Positions 63,763 through 64,000 of a DNA stretch of 64,000 nt are shown in pieces. The stretch lies in the NCBI RefSeq assembly GCF_964213995.1, contig NC_135820.1:3534001-3598000 (forward strand). The letters run 5' to 3'. This DNA comes from Mustelus asterias (taxonomy: Eukaryota). The notes beneath the pieces are model-generated. The model was not told the DNA's origin, did no database searches, and was given only the letters and a program-made list of their open reading frames with translations. Position numbers and translations under genes: made by a program. How positions within the stretch are numbered: position 1 is the stretch's first letter; the number at the start of each line of letters is the position of its first letter.

Positions 63763-64000
63763 CTGAAAAATAAAGAAATGTTAGATGTCTGGGATCAATA
63801 TTTAGAAAGTAAAAGGAAGAATCGAATACTTATTGATAATGGAAAGCCTCAGGAGGAAGAGAATGTCAGCGAGGCAGAGTTATAGAGACTAAGAGACAGG
63901 CAGACATCTGACTGACTGACATTCATATTGACAGGCAGACTGGCAGTCAGAATGGCAGACTGACTGGGATACTAACAGACTGATTGGCTAACAGGCAGAC

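Overview
Eukaryotic, repeat-dense genomic DNA, almost certainly from a cartilaginous fish (shark). The evidence is abundant HE1/V-SINE-like and Deu-SINE-like elements plus CR1, Rex/Babar-like, L2-like and Penelope-like retroelements; most of the window is TE-derived. Genic content read by hand: (1) one apparently intact two-exon GPR139/GPR142-like class A GPCR on the minus strand (57786-57717 joined to 51146-50242, 324 aa); (2) a second, orphan copy of its exon 1 and promoter at ~34.2 kb with no exon 2 in the window; (3) a plus-strand nectin/PVR-like Ig gene fragment (V exon 26457-26795, half-C2 exon 31195-31297) surrounded by decayed V-exon relics; (4) an isolated minus-strand signal-peptide exon (13692-13641); (5) a probable minus-strand terminal exon at the right edge. 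The most unusual non-genic object is a ~330-bp highly structured retroposed element at 19712-20044. It starts exactly at U2 snRNA +1, has a poly(A) tail and an 18-bp target-site duplication, and resembles a SINEU or a retrocopy of an unknown U2-derived RNA. Also notable are a 570-bp-arm Penelope palindrome, minimal hammerhead ribozyme motifs, satellites made from the SINE core, a ~4.5-kb tandem duplication and an N-gap inside a (GT)n tract. All family assignments come from motif recognition, not database searches, and TE boundaries are approximate.
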